Part shown: positions 1 through 13,700 of the stretch, piece by piece | Layout: each line of letters starts with the position of its first letter | How positions within the stretch are numbered: the stretch's first letter is position 1 | NCBI GenBank assembly: GCA_010093995.1 | Contig: ML992504.1 | Span: forward strand, 186,001 to 250,000 | Origin: Elsinoe ampelina | Lineage: Eukaryota | Direction: 5' to 3' | DNA: 64,000 bases | Notes under the pieces: model-generated | The model's database searches: none | What the model saw: only the letters and a program-made list of their open reading frames with translations | What the model was told of the DNA's origin: nothing | Position numbers and translations under genes: made by a program

Positions 1-481
1 CGGCCACAAGTAGAGTGCAGATTGGGAATGTTGGTGAATTGTTTGGTGTAGGCCTTGCATCTATCGTCGAATTTGGCATGAGGAGCTCCAGCACACTTGA
101 ACATGGTCAGACACACTGATATAACACAAGACACGCTCGCTAGACTTACCACCACGAGGTCAGTTCGCCCGTTGATGATCGTGCCTTCAACATCGCTACA
201 TGCTGCTTCAGTGGCAGAGACATCTATAGGCTTCTGAGGAGATCCGTCCTGACGGCAGCGGCAAGCCAAGGTGGTACTGTACGTCAGAGTCAGCTGGTCG
301 CATCTTTTGGTTGAGGGAAGGGCGTAGCCTAGTGAGCCTGGCAGGCAACATGCTGGGCTATCAAAGCGCGAAGGAAACCCGAGGCGAAAGTTGAATCCTA
401 GGCGGCATGATGACCACCTAGTCACGCTAGGAAAGTATCGTACCTTGCAAGAAGAAGCGTGATCAGGGCTGGAATCTGCAT
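1..481 (-). CDS. Small secreted cysteine-rich protein (effector candidate), 3' end runs off the window; exons 481-444, 276-150, 95-<1
   Basis: Manual splicing (GTACGA..CTGAC..CAG, 167 nt; GTAAGT..CTGAC..AAG, 54 nt) gives the in-frame MQIPALITLLLASTTLA-CRCRQDGSPQKPIDVSATEAACSDVEGTIINGRTDLVVCAGAPHAKFDDRCKAYTKQFTNIPNLHSTCG..: signal peptide plus 6 Cys. TATA-like tttaaata at ~578. Absent from the ORF track. Confidence 0.85.
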
Positions 482-690
482 TGTGCTCGCGGTTGAAATT
501 GTGATATTATGGTGGGTGGATGAACACAGAGTTGTCGAGTTGAGTGTTATTGACTAGGCTGGAGAGTCATGCCGTTGTTTAAATACCTGACAACGACGAC
601 TGATCGTCTCACACGCCGACGCAGCAGAGGAGAACTCCTCCGTCATGGTTTTAATGCCCTATCTCCTCACCAAAGACAAGTGACATGATA

Positions 691-838
691 ACGTTCACCA
701 CGGGGAAACGAGGACCCCCCTAAAAACGAGCACCCTCGCCGAATGTAGGGCTATACCCTAGGATCTTCTCGATCTAATTGGACAAGTGCACAGGTATGCT
801 CGTTTCTAGGGGGGTGCTCGTTTCCCGGTGGAGGACGT
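691..838. mobile_element. MITE of Tc1/mariner (pogo/Fot1-type) ancestry, 148 bp
   Basis: ~45 bp imperfect terminal inverted repeats (acgttcaccacggggaaacgaggacccccctaaaaacgagca versus reverse complement acgtcctccaccgggaaacgagcacccccctagaaacgagca), ACGT termini, flanked by TA at 689-690 and 839-840. Confidence 0.85.
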
Positions 839-1618
839 TATCTAAGGATAGAGGTAAAGGGCTTAAAAGCTTCTCTAGTCTTAGAAGCCTAAGATAGGGA
901 GTGATCTACTGTAGTACAGACCTTGTCCTCTAGCACGTATTACTATGTAGAATTCCTCTGTTATAGTTTTAATACCCCGTCTACTTATTAAAGGCAAGTA
1001 ACATAATATCTAAGGATATAGATATTTCTAGAAATCCTAGAAGCACTTAATACATAGAAGTAAAGGGCTTAAAAGCTTCCCTTACTACTTAATATCTAAG
1101 GATATAATATTCTCTATAGAGTTAATATTCTCTATAGGGAAGTAAGTACTCCTCTAGAAGTAAGTACCTCCTCTACTTACTATACCTAAAAGGGTTAATA
1201 GAACTAGCTAAGCTAATTAGAGGTACTAATTCTACCCTAATACTACTACTTAATTAAGTAATTAAAACTCCTATAAGCTCTCTCTCTTATAGCTAGAACT
1301 CTTTACCTATTATAAGTTACTTATCTATACTATTATAATATATAATTAAATATAAGCTTACTATAGCTATTTATAAGTATTAAGCCTCTAGAGGTATAAC
1401 TAGTCTTTCCTAGCTATAAAAGTACTTTTCTCTAGTTAGTTATAAGACTCTAAGTTATAGGCTTAAGAAAACTTAATTAGTATAGTAAGAAGTATACTAA
1501 ATTTAGTAGTGTCTTATACTAGGCTAAGAGACTACTCTTATAAAGCTACTTAACTATCTAGTAGCTAGAGGCTTTAATTTAAATAATTACTAGCTTACTA
1601 AATATATATACCTTCTAC

Positions 1619-3263
1619 TATTAAGAACTCTATATAAGGACTAATATAGTAAGTATACTATACTAGCTTACCTTAGAGATACTATTCTCTATAGGAGAAT
1701 AAAACACTTCTTACCTATAGAATAGATAGAGTAGAGATTAGTCTATAATAATTAAGAGTATACTTATATAATATCTATTCTATACCTATATACTTATCTT
1801 TCTAGCTTTTATATTCTATCTCTATTATAATTCTAATCTCTCTTATATTCTATTAGATAGAGCTATATAGATAAGATAGTACTCTATACTTAGTACTAGT
1901 AGAATAACTAACTACTACTAGAGTAGTATAAGTATAGATAACTCTCTAATAGCTTAGCTATTAGTAAGATATTTACTAAATTAGCTATAACTCTAGAGAT
2001 AACTTCTATTAAAGATCTCTAGGCCTAGGAAGGCCTAGTACTAAGGCTATACTATACTAATATAGCTTCTATAGAAAGTATAGCTAATATAGGAAATAAC
2101 GTAGTATATAAAGTACTTCTTACTTATATTACTTAGCTTAAGAATATACTTAGTAATTACTCCCTAGTTATAGCGCTAGATTTATATAGTTATTTTAATA
2201 ATATATAACTTAATAATATCTACCTAATAAATCTATAAATTATAGAGGAGTATATACTAAACTTATACTATTCTAAGGCTCTAGAATCTACTATTATAGT
2301 AAGAGTTAAGGAATTTATATATATATATAATAACATCTTTAAGATAGTACTAAATATCTACTCTAAAGAAGTTACTTAGTACTATATAGCTACTAGCTAC
2401 CTAAAAGGTTAGCTAGGCTATAATTAGGACTTATATACTTAGAGTACTAGTATTATACCCTTATAGAGCCTAATATAGTTCTAGCTTTAGAACTAGACTT
2501 AGAGTTCTAAAAACTATAGTAATAGCTATATAGTAAAGTTCTTTACGTTATACTAGTAAAGAGAATAGTTAATTACTAATTTCTATATATTTCTTAATAG
2601 TTATAAGCTATATATTAAGATAGTACTACTCCTAGATAACGTCTACTATATATAGCTTATTACCTATACTATATTAGAGCTATACTTAGAAGTACTCTAT
2701 TAGAGAAACTTACTCCTAATTAAGGTAGAACTTCTAGTATATCTATTTTACTTAGAGTAGAACCTACTAGACTACTCTAACTCTATATAGAGGTAGTATA
2801 AGTATAATACTAAAGATAAGACTAATATCTTTACTAAAAGGCCTTACTATAATAAAGACTATAAGAGTTAAAAGAACTAGTAGAGAAGTACTAATACTAC
2901 TCTAGTTACTCTCTAGCCTAGTACTACTTATCCTTATAATATTTATAAGAGCCTAGACTATTAGGTACTAAACTATCTCTAGAAGAACTCTTTAAAATAG
3001 ATAGTGTCTCTACGTTTACTAGTCTTAAGTAGCTCTAGTATAATATAGAATATACACTAGATCTATACTAATATAGTAATTAACCTACCTAAAGGCTCTA
3101 TTAAAGAGATAGCTCTACTAGATAGTAGTACTAATAGTAACTTTATTAGCTAGTATTTTACTATATACTATTATATTACTATTAACTTCTTAGTAGTATA
3201 CTAAGTATATAGCTTAGATAAATATAAATTAACTATCTATAGATATACTAAGTTAGTCTTTAT
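1619..3263 (+). mobile_element. Truncated gypsy element A: 5' LTR (~1619-1829), gag and start of protease
   Basis: LTR matches the solo LTR at 9929-10145. At ~3112, gctctactagatagtagtactaatagtaactttattagc de-RIPs to ALLDSGANGNFIS (aspartic protease). It ends where another LTR begins at 3264. Confidence 0.8.
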
Positions 3264-3855
3264 TAATATAAGATAGATACGAACTAGATTTAGGTAAGAT
3301 TTAGTTAGATTAATTACGTAATCTTAGTATTATAGCCTAGGCTTCTAGCTACTCTACTCTTAATATTATATATACTTTATATACTAGTTTTTCTTCTTCT
3401 TCTTCTAAGTCTTAATATTTTAATAAATAGACGTAATTAACTTCTTATCTTACTAGCCGTAATTACTATATTAAGACTTTAAACAACTATAACTAAGTAA
3501 TAGAGCTATTAAATTATCTAGTTATTCTACTACTTATATAACTACTAATAACTACCTACTTATAAAGAATTAAAGAATTAAAGAAGAAGCTATTATAACT
3601 ATAGTTTCTATATATACTATAATAGATCCTTACTACTACTATATAGGTTAATACTATAAACTCTAAAGATATAAGAAGAAGATAATAAGTTAAGTTATAG
3701 ATAACTCCTAAAGGAAGTAAGCTACTAGCTAAAATTTTAATATCTCCTTTATTATATATTAACTTTTTATACTATTCTATTTATAACTAACTATATTAAG
3801 TATAGCTTGCTCTAACTCTAACGATAGTAATAACTATTATATAAGTAAGACCTCT
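3264..3855 (+). mobile_element. Truncated gypsy element B: LTR (3264-3465) plus ~390 bp leader, same family as the element at 11747
   Basis: Colinear with 11747-~12335 (e.g. gcctaggcttctagctactctactcttaatattatatatactttatatactag); differences are mostly transitions. Confidence 0.9.
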
Positions 3856-3864
3856 TCTAACTAT

Positions 3865-6800
3865 ACTTTACTAGTATACCTCTATTAGTATAAGCCTTAT
3901 ATTTACTACTAGACTACTATATACTTTAACTATAAGTAGGCCTAGTTCTAATATATCTATAATAATAACGTAAGTACTTTTCTCTACTATTACTTCTATT
4001 AATACTTCTATACTAAGTATATCTTTATATATTTTTTTTATATTATTAGTATAATAGCTAACCTATAGTAGTATAGTATCTCCTTTACTCTACTTATTAA
4101 GAGTCTTATTTTAACCTAGTATACTTTTAATACTACTATCTATATTTAGAAGTTTAATAAGGATTTAATAGAGTCTCTATATAGTAACCTTATTCTTAAG
4201 CTAGTAGAGCTAGATAAGCTTAAAGATTTAGAGAATAGAGTTATAATAGACCTCTTATAATCTACTAGTAGTACTTCTAGAATATATTAGTAGACTAATA
4301 TTATACTCTTTTATAATATAGACTTACTTTTAGAATCTTAATCTTATATCTTCTCTTTCTTTCTCTACTACTTCTAGTATAAGATTAAGCTCTCTAAGTC
4401 TTATAAGTCTCCTATTTAATATAGTATTACTCTACTATTATTATTAAAATAAGACTCTTCTTCTTAAAGTTCTTTATTTTTCTAATAGTATTTCTTAGAT
4501 ACTCTATTAGCTTCTAGCTAGCTTTCTTCTTTAGGTAGCTCTTCTAAAGTACTTTATAGTAAGTCTTATCTCTAATAAGGCTCTTATTAACTACTTCTTT
4601 AACCTTATATTCTTCTTCTCTTTTAATCTCTACTAAGAGTAGAGTAATATTATTACCTTATTAATATACTTTAAGGAGAAATATATAGAAAGTTAAGTAG
4701 ATTAATTTTATATATATTAGAAAGTTAAGTTAGTAAGCTTAGTAGTCTACTATCTCTATAATAGTAAATAGCTCTATAAACTTTACTACTAGCTTCTTCT
4801 TTAGCCTAAGAGACTAAAGGTTCTTAGTACTTAGTATAACTTCTTAGTCTTTCTTAAACCTTATTAGCTAGTGTCTCTTATTATAGTACTTCTTCTACTA
4901 TATAATAGTATTAAGCCTATACTACTTAAGTTCTTTTCTAATATCTTATAGAGCTTTTACTCTTACTTCTACTACTAGTACTTTTAGAGGTTATAGAGTT
5001 ACCTTTTTCTCTATAATATTAGCCTTAATATTATTAAAGAGCTATAGACTATCTCGTAAATATATTAGAGTAGGCTTACCTCTAGTAATATACTATAGGA
5101 GCTATTATATATAAACTTAGCCTAATATAGCTAGTATAGTTAGTAACTTAGTTATTCTACTAAAAGTTAATAAATACTTATAGGTACTATTTAATTATTT
5201 AATTCTATTTTTCTATAGTACTATTAGTCTAAGAGTAGAACATTATTAAGAGGTATCTCTATACTTTCTATCTCTAATAGAGAAATATCTAAAATTTAGA
5301 CTTAAATAGGCTACTTCTATTAGTAATCTAGCTTCTTAGAAATCTATAGTAGGCTAGCTAAGAATCTCTCTCTCTATAATATTAGCTAGTTCTTAGACTT
5401 CTATATCTTTTCTTACTAGAATATATCTTATATATTTAGATATTCTATCTACTAGTACTAGAATAGAATTAGTAATAAAGCTCTATTAGTTCTTCGCTAG
5501 AGGTAAGTTAGTAATAAAATCTATTAACTAATACTAGAGTACTTCTCTAATAGTAATTAGCTTTAGAGCTTATATCTTACTATAGAGCTAATAGCGAGAA
5601 ATCTTTATTCTTTAGTATTTATTATAGTAGCTAATATACCTAGTAATATCTATTACTCTACCCTTCTAATAGTACTTCTACTTTAAGGTAAATAGAGTCT
5701 TTTCTACTCTAAGGTAATCTACTATTAAGTTATTATAATTTCTATAGAGTATCTCTATAGTTAGTATTCTTACTACTAGAATAAAGACTTTACCTTTAAA
5801 TAGTAGAACGCTATTATCTTACTAACTCTAGCTCTCTTTATAGGTAGCTTCTTTATCTTTTAGATTATTAAAATACTTAAGTATTATCTCTACTATAGTG
5901 TCTTACTATTATAGCCTCTTTACTAGACTAAGTAACCTTAGTAGCGCCTCTTTATATATATTATTTTCTTCTATAGTAGTTATATATAGATGTCTAGGGC
6001 TAGTAAGTTCTCTATAATCTCTTTATAATCTCTCTATACTAGTTATTTATAGAGTATAGTAAAAGAAACTACTTATTTCTAGAGAAGTAGACCTACTATC
6101 TTTACTCTTATAGAGAGCTATCTTAGCTTCTACGTTAGTATCTAGTATCTTACTATAGAATATAATACTCTCTTAAGTGTCTTTAGATCTCTTAGTATAC
6201 TCTACCTTACTATACTATCTTAGTAAGAAGTACTTAGTAACTACTAAGTATATATCTAATATCTTACCTTATATATCTTAGGTTAGCTTAACCTACTTAG
6301 CTACTATTATAGTATTAAGAAGAAGACGTCTCTTTAGTCTCTTATATAAGTCTCTTAAGAACTATAGGTATAAGTCTACTTTAGCTTACTTATCTCTTAT
6401 ATCTAGATCTAGCTTCCTTAATAGTTTATTAATAAGGTTAAACTTCTCTAGGTTATAGGTAATCTAGATATTATATTATAATAGCTCCTTACTAATATAG
6501 GCCTATTAGGCTAAAAGTGTTTTAGTTATTAGAAAGTATTTAAGATTATTATAATCTATAAATATAGTAGTAGTAGAAGAGATAAAGAGGAAGTATTACT
6601 ACTAGTAGTATACTACCTTAAGAATAGTAAGTAGCTTCTAGTTATATATAGACTAGTTTAGCTTAGCCTCTTATAGCTTCTATAAGTAGTATATAATAGA
6701 ATACTATTAGACTATCTTCTCTCTATTATTATTAAAGAGCTATATAGTAATCCTAGAAATAGTAAACCTAGAGAAGTTAATATATATCCTTATATTTTTA

Positions 6801-9620
6801 CTTTTATTAAAGAAGTATAAAAGGAAAGTAGTTATAAAGTAGTCTTTAAAATATTAAAAGGATTATCTAGTACTATTAGTAAAGTAGAAGAGACTTATCT
6901 ATTTACTATTTTTACTCTCTATAAGTAGTTAGGTTATTAGTCTTATTATTTCTATATAGCTATTAATAAACTATTAGTAGAAGTTTATAAATCTAAGAAA
7001 GATTTAGAGTTCCTTTAGAGATATAGGTTCTAGCTAATCTATAATAGCTTAAACTCTTTATAGCTCTATTAAGATACCTTTAGGACCTAGAATATAGTTT
7101 AGAAACTATACTTTCTTAATCTTAAAGATATACTTAAAAGCCTTTATAAAAAGAAGATATTTTCTTAGCTATACTAAAACTTCTTTAATATATTAATAGT
7201 GTTATAATAGATCTTAAGAGTAGATAAGAATATTATTTATATATATAATATAGTAATAATCTACTAAGCTATTAAGATACTAGCTAATATATAACTAGAA
7301 GGTAGTAGAAGTATTTATAAGTCTAAATAGTATAACTATATATTTAAAATAGCTATATCTATATTAGAATACTATCTTCTATTCGTTATCTTCCTTAATC
7401 TAGATATAGTAATATATGCCCCTAAGAGTTATTTTAGAGTATATCTTTACTCTCTAGATTCTATTAAATATTTTAGTTATAAGAGGTAAAGAATATTAAT
7501 TCTTTACTAAGACATTATTAAGGCCTTAGTAGTTAATATAGAGCTATAGAGTCTTATTAGTCTTAGGTATAAATAATATAGAAGCTTCTACTAGACTAGA
7601 GAAGTAGTAAATCTAGTCTAGTTTTAGGTTCTTAGCTAAGTATTTCCTAAGAGTACTTAGCTTTATCTCTATAAAGGTATAAATAAGTCTCTATAGAGGT
7701 TACTTTTTCTTATAAAGCTTAATAGAGTACTTATAGGCCTCTAGAGAAGGTATAGTAATAGCTTCTTTATTATTAAATATATCTAAGAAGTTACTAAGCT
7801 AGCTTAGAAGTCTATTCTATATTATTAAAGTACTATCTTTATAAATTATATTTAGGAAAACTATATAGTATTAAGGGTATTTAGATAGATCTTTAGTAAA
7901 CTCTTCTACTATTAGAAGTATTATATTAACGCTAGTAGAGTAATATCTCTATTTCTAACTTTATTAGTTAATATCTAGGTTAATACTAAAGAGCTATATC
8001 TAGCTAAGGACTAGGTTATATCTCTTTATCTCTACTAACTTAAAGTACTAGTAGACCTTCTTTATTATACTATAGTAGTTAGTAGCTTCTACTATAAGAT
8101 AATAATATCTATATAAGTATATCTTATACTAGTTAAGGGACTTTACCTACGTTATACTATTAGTATATAGTTATATCTCTTTTTCCTTTACGTAGTAATA
8201 ATTAATAAAGTAAATATTAGCTCTTAAATCTACTAGAGATATAGCTATATAATTAGTAAATAAGGCTCTACCTTTCTAACTAAGATAGATATCTATTTTT
8301 AATTAGCTTAGTAGTAGACCTTCTATAGATACTTCTAGCTATATAAAAGTAAGATCTATAGCTAGAGTATTTAAGTTTTTAAACTTATTATAAGAGTAGT
8401 TAGAGTAGATATAGCCTAGCTATCTATACTTATAGTACTTTACCTCTAAGAGGTTAAGGTAATAGAGAATTAGAGTTATATTAATCTTAGATATAGAGTC
8501 TTAGTATTTTCTTTTCTTTTTATTCTTATTATTCTAGAATCTCCTATTATCTTCTTTAGGCTTATTTATAAAGTAGTAAGAAATATATATTATCTTAGAG
8601 ATAGCTTAGCTTCTAAATATACTTTTAATATAAGTAAAGTAGGAGATAGCTTTATCTTTACTCTATAGAGGGTCTTAGAGTACTATATAGCTCTATTAGT
8701 ATATAGGCTTTATACTATTAATAAGATAGCTTATAAATTAAGCCTTATCTATAGTTATATTACTAATTTCTTTAGTATACTCTTTAAGATACTAGGTAAA
8801 CTTAGTAACTAATTAATTTACTCTCTAAGTAGTATTATAGAATAGTTAGGTATATTTTAAAGCTTAATTTCTCTTATTTAAGGCTTAATTTTCCTTATCT
8901 ATAATATAATTCTTAATCTATTCTTAGAAGTAGCTCTAGTTCTTAGCCTAAGGTTCTATATTATTAATATAGCTCTTTTATATTATAGTAAGAGATCTAT
9001 TAAAGTAGCTAGCTATAAACTAAGCTTAATCTCTACTAGTAAGGTAGATATACTTATAGACTCTAAAGATAGTATAGTATAATTAGATAAACGCCTTTAT
9101 ATTAGTAAGGTATATATACTTCTTTAGCTTCTTTAGTACCTCTAGCTTTTATACCTTCTTAAGGTTAATCTAGAGAGAGAGTATCTCTAGAGAGATATTT
9201 AGATTAGAGGTTCCTTAGAAGATACTATCTTAGTATAACTAATTATTATTATTAGACTTCTTATACTACTCTCTTATATTAATATAAGTCCTCTTATAGA
9301 GAAGCTCTTTATATTTAATAGTAAGGGCCCTCTAGATCTCTATATACTTCTAGTTTTAATTAAAGTAGTTTTTAGATTAGGTTAGGTACTAGAATTACTA
9401 ACTATAACCTAACCTATAGCGATACTAGTACCTAAAGCTTAGCTACTATAACCTACTAAGCCTTAAGTAGTATTACTTAGCCTTAGATATATAGTTAGTT
9501 ATAGTATTACTTATAGTACTACCTAATAGTATCTATAGGTATCTAAGAGTTAAGGAGTAGATATATATCTTAAGAACTTAAGATTTAGAAATTAAAATTT
9601 AAAAGTTAAAGGTTATAATT
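3865..9620 (-). mobile_element. Ty3/gypsy chromovirus C, RIP-inactivated, 5' LTR not found; ends approximate
   Basis: Minus-strand de-RIP motifs: zinc knuckle CYKCGQPGHIRSNC (~8400-8440), RYGHFEYTVMPFGLTNAP (~7310-7360), YMDDILIY (~7220-7245), integrase region, chromodomain EEEYEVEEV (~4590-4620), purine tract near 4076-4090. Confidence 0.88.
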
Positions 9621-9729
9621 ACGTTTATTAATTATATTAATCTTACTAGTACCTCCTATCTACTCTTATAGCCTATACCTTACTTTCTTATCTACCTTTA
9701 TAGAATAATTATTCTTACTATAAACTATC

Positions 9730-10542
9730 TAATTGTTCTAGTTATATATATTAAACTTTATATAATAGTAATAAGTAAGCTATAAATCTTTCTAGTTAAT
9801 AGTAACTTACTTAGTATAAATATAATTAAGATTTATATCTAAGAATATTAGTATCTATAATAGTATTAAATTTAAATAATAGATACCTTCTATATACTTA
9901 ATAATAAATACCTCTATTACTTTCTAAATATAAGAACTAGTATAGTAACTAGCGTAGTAAGTATACTATACTAGCTTACCTCGGAGATACTATTCTCTAT
10001 ACTCTATAGAAGAATAAAATACTTCTTACCTATAGAATAGATAGAGTAGAGATTAGTCTTATAATAATCGAAGGTATACTTATATAATATCTATTCTATA
10101 CCTATATACTTATCTTTCTAGCTTATATATCCTACCTTTATTATACTAAAGTACTTTAAGAGCTTTAGATTAGATATAAAAGCTTTTATCTTAATAAATA
10201 TAGTCTCTAATAATCTTATAGATAAGATAGCTAAAGAGAAGCTTATAGTAGAGAAGTTTAGTTAAGTTTTAGTAGTAATAAATCTCTTAGAGAGTAATAG
10301 CTATATAGTATTAGTAATATAATATAATAATTAATTGTAATAATTATACTACTAGCCTTAAACTTATTCTTCTTTCTAGGAGTAATAGTTATCTTATAAG
10401 GTTACTTAGTAGTAGAAGTTTTATATCTATTAGATAACTTACTCTTATAACTATAACTATAGGTTAGTACTATAGTACCTCTCTTAGGAGATATAGTTAC
10501 TATTACTACTAAGGATAGAGTCTTAGGAGGTACTTATAATAT
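9730..10542 (-). pseudogene. Histone H3-like gene copy 1 (RIP-mutated, interrupted by a solo LTR); ends approximate
   Basis: De-RIP translation: ..[42 protein letters not shown](S/G)RLVREI..KSFRIQSEALEALQ[LTR][36 protein letters not shown]. Introns at 10349-10301 and 9886-9839 with GT, CTAA branch point and AG. Confidence 0.9.
9929..10145 (+). mobile_element. Solo LTR of family A inserted in H3-like copy 1
   Basis: 217 bp similar to 1619-1829, TATA..TATA (RIP-mutated TGTA..TACA) ends, 5 bp TSD CTAAA at 9924-9928 and 10146-10150. Removing it restores the H3 frame (LQ-EA). Confidence 0.9.
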
Positions 10543-10749
10543 AAAGTAATCTTATAGTAGTAAGAGTAAGGTAGTAGAAAGTATAGAAAGTAACAAGGTA
10601 GATATAGTAGTAGTATAAAGAAAAATAAGTAAAAAGAGAAGAGGTAAAAGAAGTAGAAGAAGAGAAATATATAATAATTTAGTAGCTAGTAATAGTATAG
10701 CTAATAATAGAAATATAATATTACAATAGAAATATAAAATTTGTAAATT

Positions 10750-13700
10750 AGAAATATATAGTATATAGAATACTTACTTATAATTAAAGGCTATTTTATT
10801 AATAACTAATAGTAATTATAAGAGTAGCTTCTAGAAATAATACCTCTTCGAGGTTACTACACTAGTAAAGCTATAGTAAATAAGGTAATATAGGTACTAA
10901 AAATATATTAGTTAAGTAATATACTAATAACTACTTATAGTTATAGTAGATAATATATTAAATAATAGAATACTCCGAGAGTCTCTTAAAAGAAGCCTAA
11001 GTATACTAGATATTAAGTAGAATATAAAGAAGAATATAATTCTATACCTAGTATATATTATTAATCTTATTATATAGAACATTATTAAGTATCTAAAACT
11101 TAAGATAAGTAAAGAGATTAATATAGTAGAGAGGTTATAAAACTACTATATCTAGAATATTATAATATTAGTCTCTATTCTAAATTTACTATAGAAGGTA
11201 TATAACATTTATTATATTGTTTTATTATGTCTTAATATTAGTAAGCTCTATATAATATATATTATAATTAATAGTTCTCTATAATAGTTTAAATAATTTA
11301 TAGACCTCTAGAAGTATCTACTATCTAAGAAGAGGTACTAAGTTATATATAATATTAAGATACACTAGAATTTAATATATAATATATATAAGTAAGTATT
11401 AAAGCTTAAATTTTTTATTAAGGATTAGCTTAAGAATAAGACTATACTCTAAGTACTAAGAACTTCTTCTAAGAAATTAATATCTAAACTACTCTCTAAC
11501 GTTAATAACTATAACCTTACTAAGTTATAACTTAATCTAAATAAGTAGTAGTATCTTAAATCTATTATAGTAATACTAGAGAACTTTAAGAAAGTAATAA
11601 TATAGCTAAGTACTAGTAGCTAACTTCTTCTCTAGTATATATAGATAATATATAATATACTCTTTAACTTCTTAAATAAAATTAAAGAGAGCCTAATTAG
11701 CACTAAGAATTATAATAATCTAGAGTAGTTAGTAGGTAGTACGTTATAATACAAAATAGATACGAACTAAATTCAGTTAGGGGTTAGTTTAGATTAGTTA
11801 TATAATCTTAGTAGAGTAGCCTAGGCTTCTAGCTACTCTACTCTTAATATTATATATACTTTATATACTAGTTCTTCTTCTTCTTCTTCTTCTTCTAAGT
11901 CTCGATATCTTAATAAATAGACGTAATTAACTCTTATCTTACTAGTTGTAATTACTATATTAAGACTTTAAAACGACTACAACTAAGTAATAAAGCTATT
12001 AAATTATCTAGTTATTCTACTACTTATGTAACTATTAATATCTACTTACGAAGAACTAAAGAATTAAAGAAGAAGCTATTATAACTATAGTTCCTACGTA
12101 TACTATAATAGATCCTCGCTACTACTATATAGGTTAATACTATAAACTATAAATATAAGAAGAAGGTAATAAGTCGAGTTATAGACAACTCTTAAAGGAA
12201 GTAGGCTACTAGCTAAAAATTTTAATATCTCCTTTATTACGCTTTAACTTTTTACACTATTTTATTTATAACTAACTATACTAAGTATAGCTCGCTCTAA
12301 TTATAGTAATAACGATTACTATATAAGTAAGATCCCTTTACTCCTTACTAATAATAATAATAAACTAGTCTAGTTAGCCTATTATAACTTTATCTACCTT
12401 AGTAATACTAACCTTAAGAAGAGGCTATAAGAGACAGATAGTATAACTACTCTATATAAGGCCTTTACCTTTATTAAGTCTACCTACGATAAATAGGTTA
12501 CTATATAGAACTTAGTATATTTTAACGCCCTTAACCTACGTAACTAGCTAGATAGTATTCTACTCGAGCTAGATATAGCTAGTAACACTATTAATAACCT
12601 TACTACCTAAGCTATATGCTATCTCGCTAACATTAGTAAACTTAAGGCTAAACTAGCTTAACTAAGAGCTAAGATAAGACGTACTATACTAGCCTTCTCT
12701 ATACATAGTACTATATTATTAAAGAAGATACTAGACTCTACTATCTTCTCTAGTAGTACTCTAGAATAGTTCGAGGTCTTTAAGCACTAGATAAAGAATA
12801 AGATATATACTAATACTAACTACTTTTCTACTAAGGCTACTTAGTTTATCTATCTCTACTTATACCTCTCTAGTAAAGTATATACTCTTATTATAGACTC
12901 TACTAGTAACGATACTATCGACGTTAAAGCTACCTTTAGTATCTTAGCTTAGTACTTCGAGGACTCTAACTATAAAGCTACTATACGTACTTAGTTTACT
13001 AGCCTCTTCTAGTATAATATCTCTTTTAACTCTTTTATTAGCAAATTTAATAAGTATACTCTCTATAGTCTATACTAGAATTACTAAAGATAAATAACTC
13101 TACTAGTTATACTAGAAGATATCTAGTAAGCTACGTGCTACCCTTATTAATTTTAATACTAATAGCCTCTCTATCTTTATTATAAAGGCCTATACTACTA
13201 ATTGTAACATTTAATAGAGTAACCTTATTACTAAGTATACTTAAGCTTTACGTTCTAGCCTAGCTATAAGCTATACTACTATAGTACTAATTCGTATACC
13301 TTACTTTACCTCTATACCTACTACTCTAGCTACCTTCTACTCTACTACTAGAGGTGCTCTATAACCTTTCTACCTAACTTAGATACTTACCTACTACGTA
13401 TATAGTAAGCTTAGCTATATCTCTACTAAGTATATAGCTAGTGCTTCTAAGAAAGCTATATATACTACTATATACCTTATATATATTAGTACTATAGAAG
13501 AGATATAGTAACTCTAGAACTATTTAGCTAAGTTAAGTAACTAAGTTAATTCTAGTTTAGCCTATAAACTAGATCTAGTTTAGCCTTAGTTTAACTCTAA
13601 AATAGATTATAAGTCTACTAACCTATTTAGCTAGTGAAATAAGTAGCTAGAGAATAAGTTCTATTCTCTAGTAGAATAAGAGTAATTTAAGATAGACTTA

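Noticed and set aside
11870..11900. (TTC)n microsatellite as a separate feature
   Set aside because: It is part of the LTR and varies in length among the three LTR copies.
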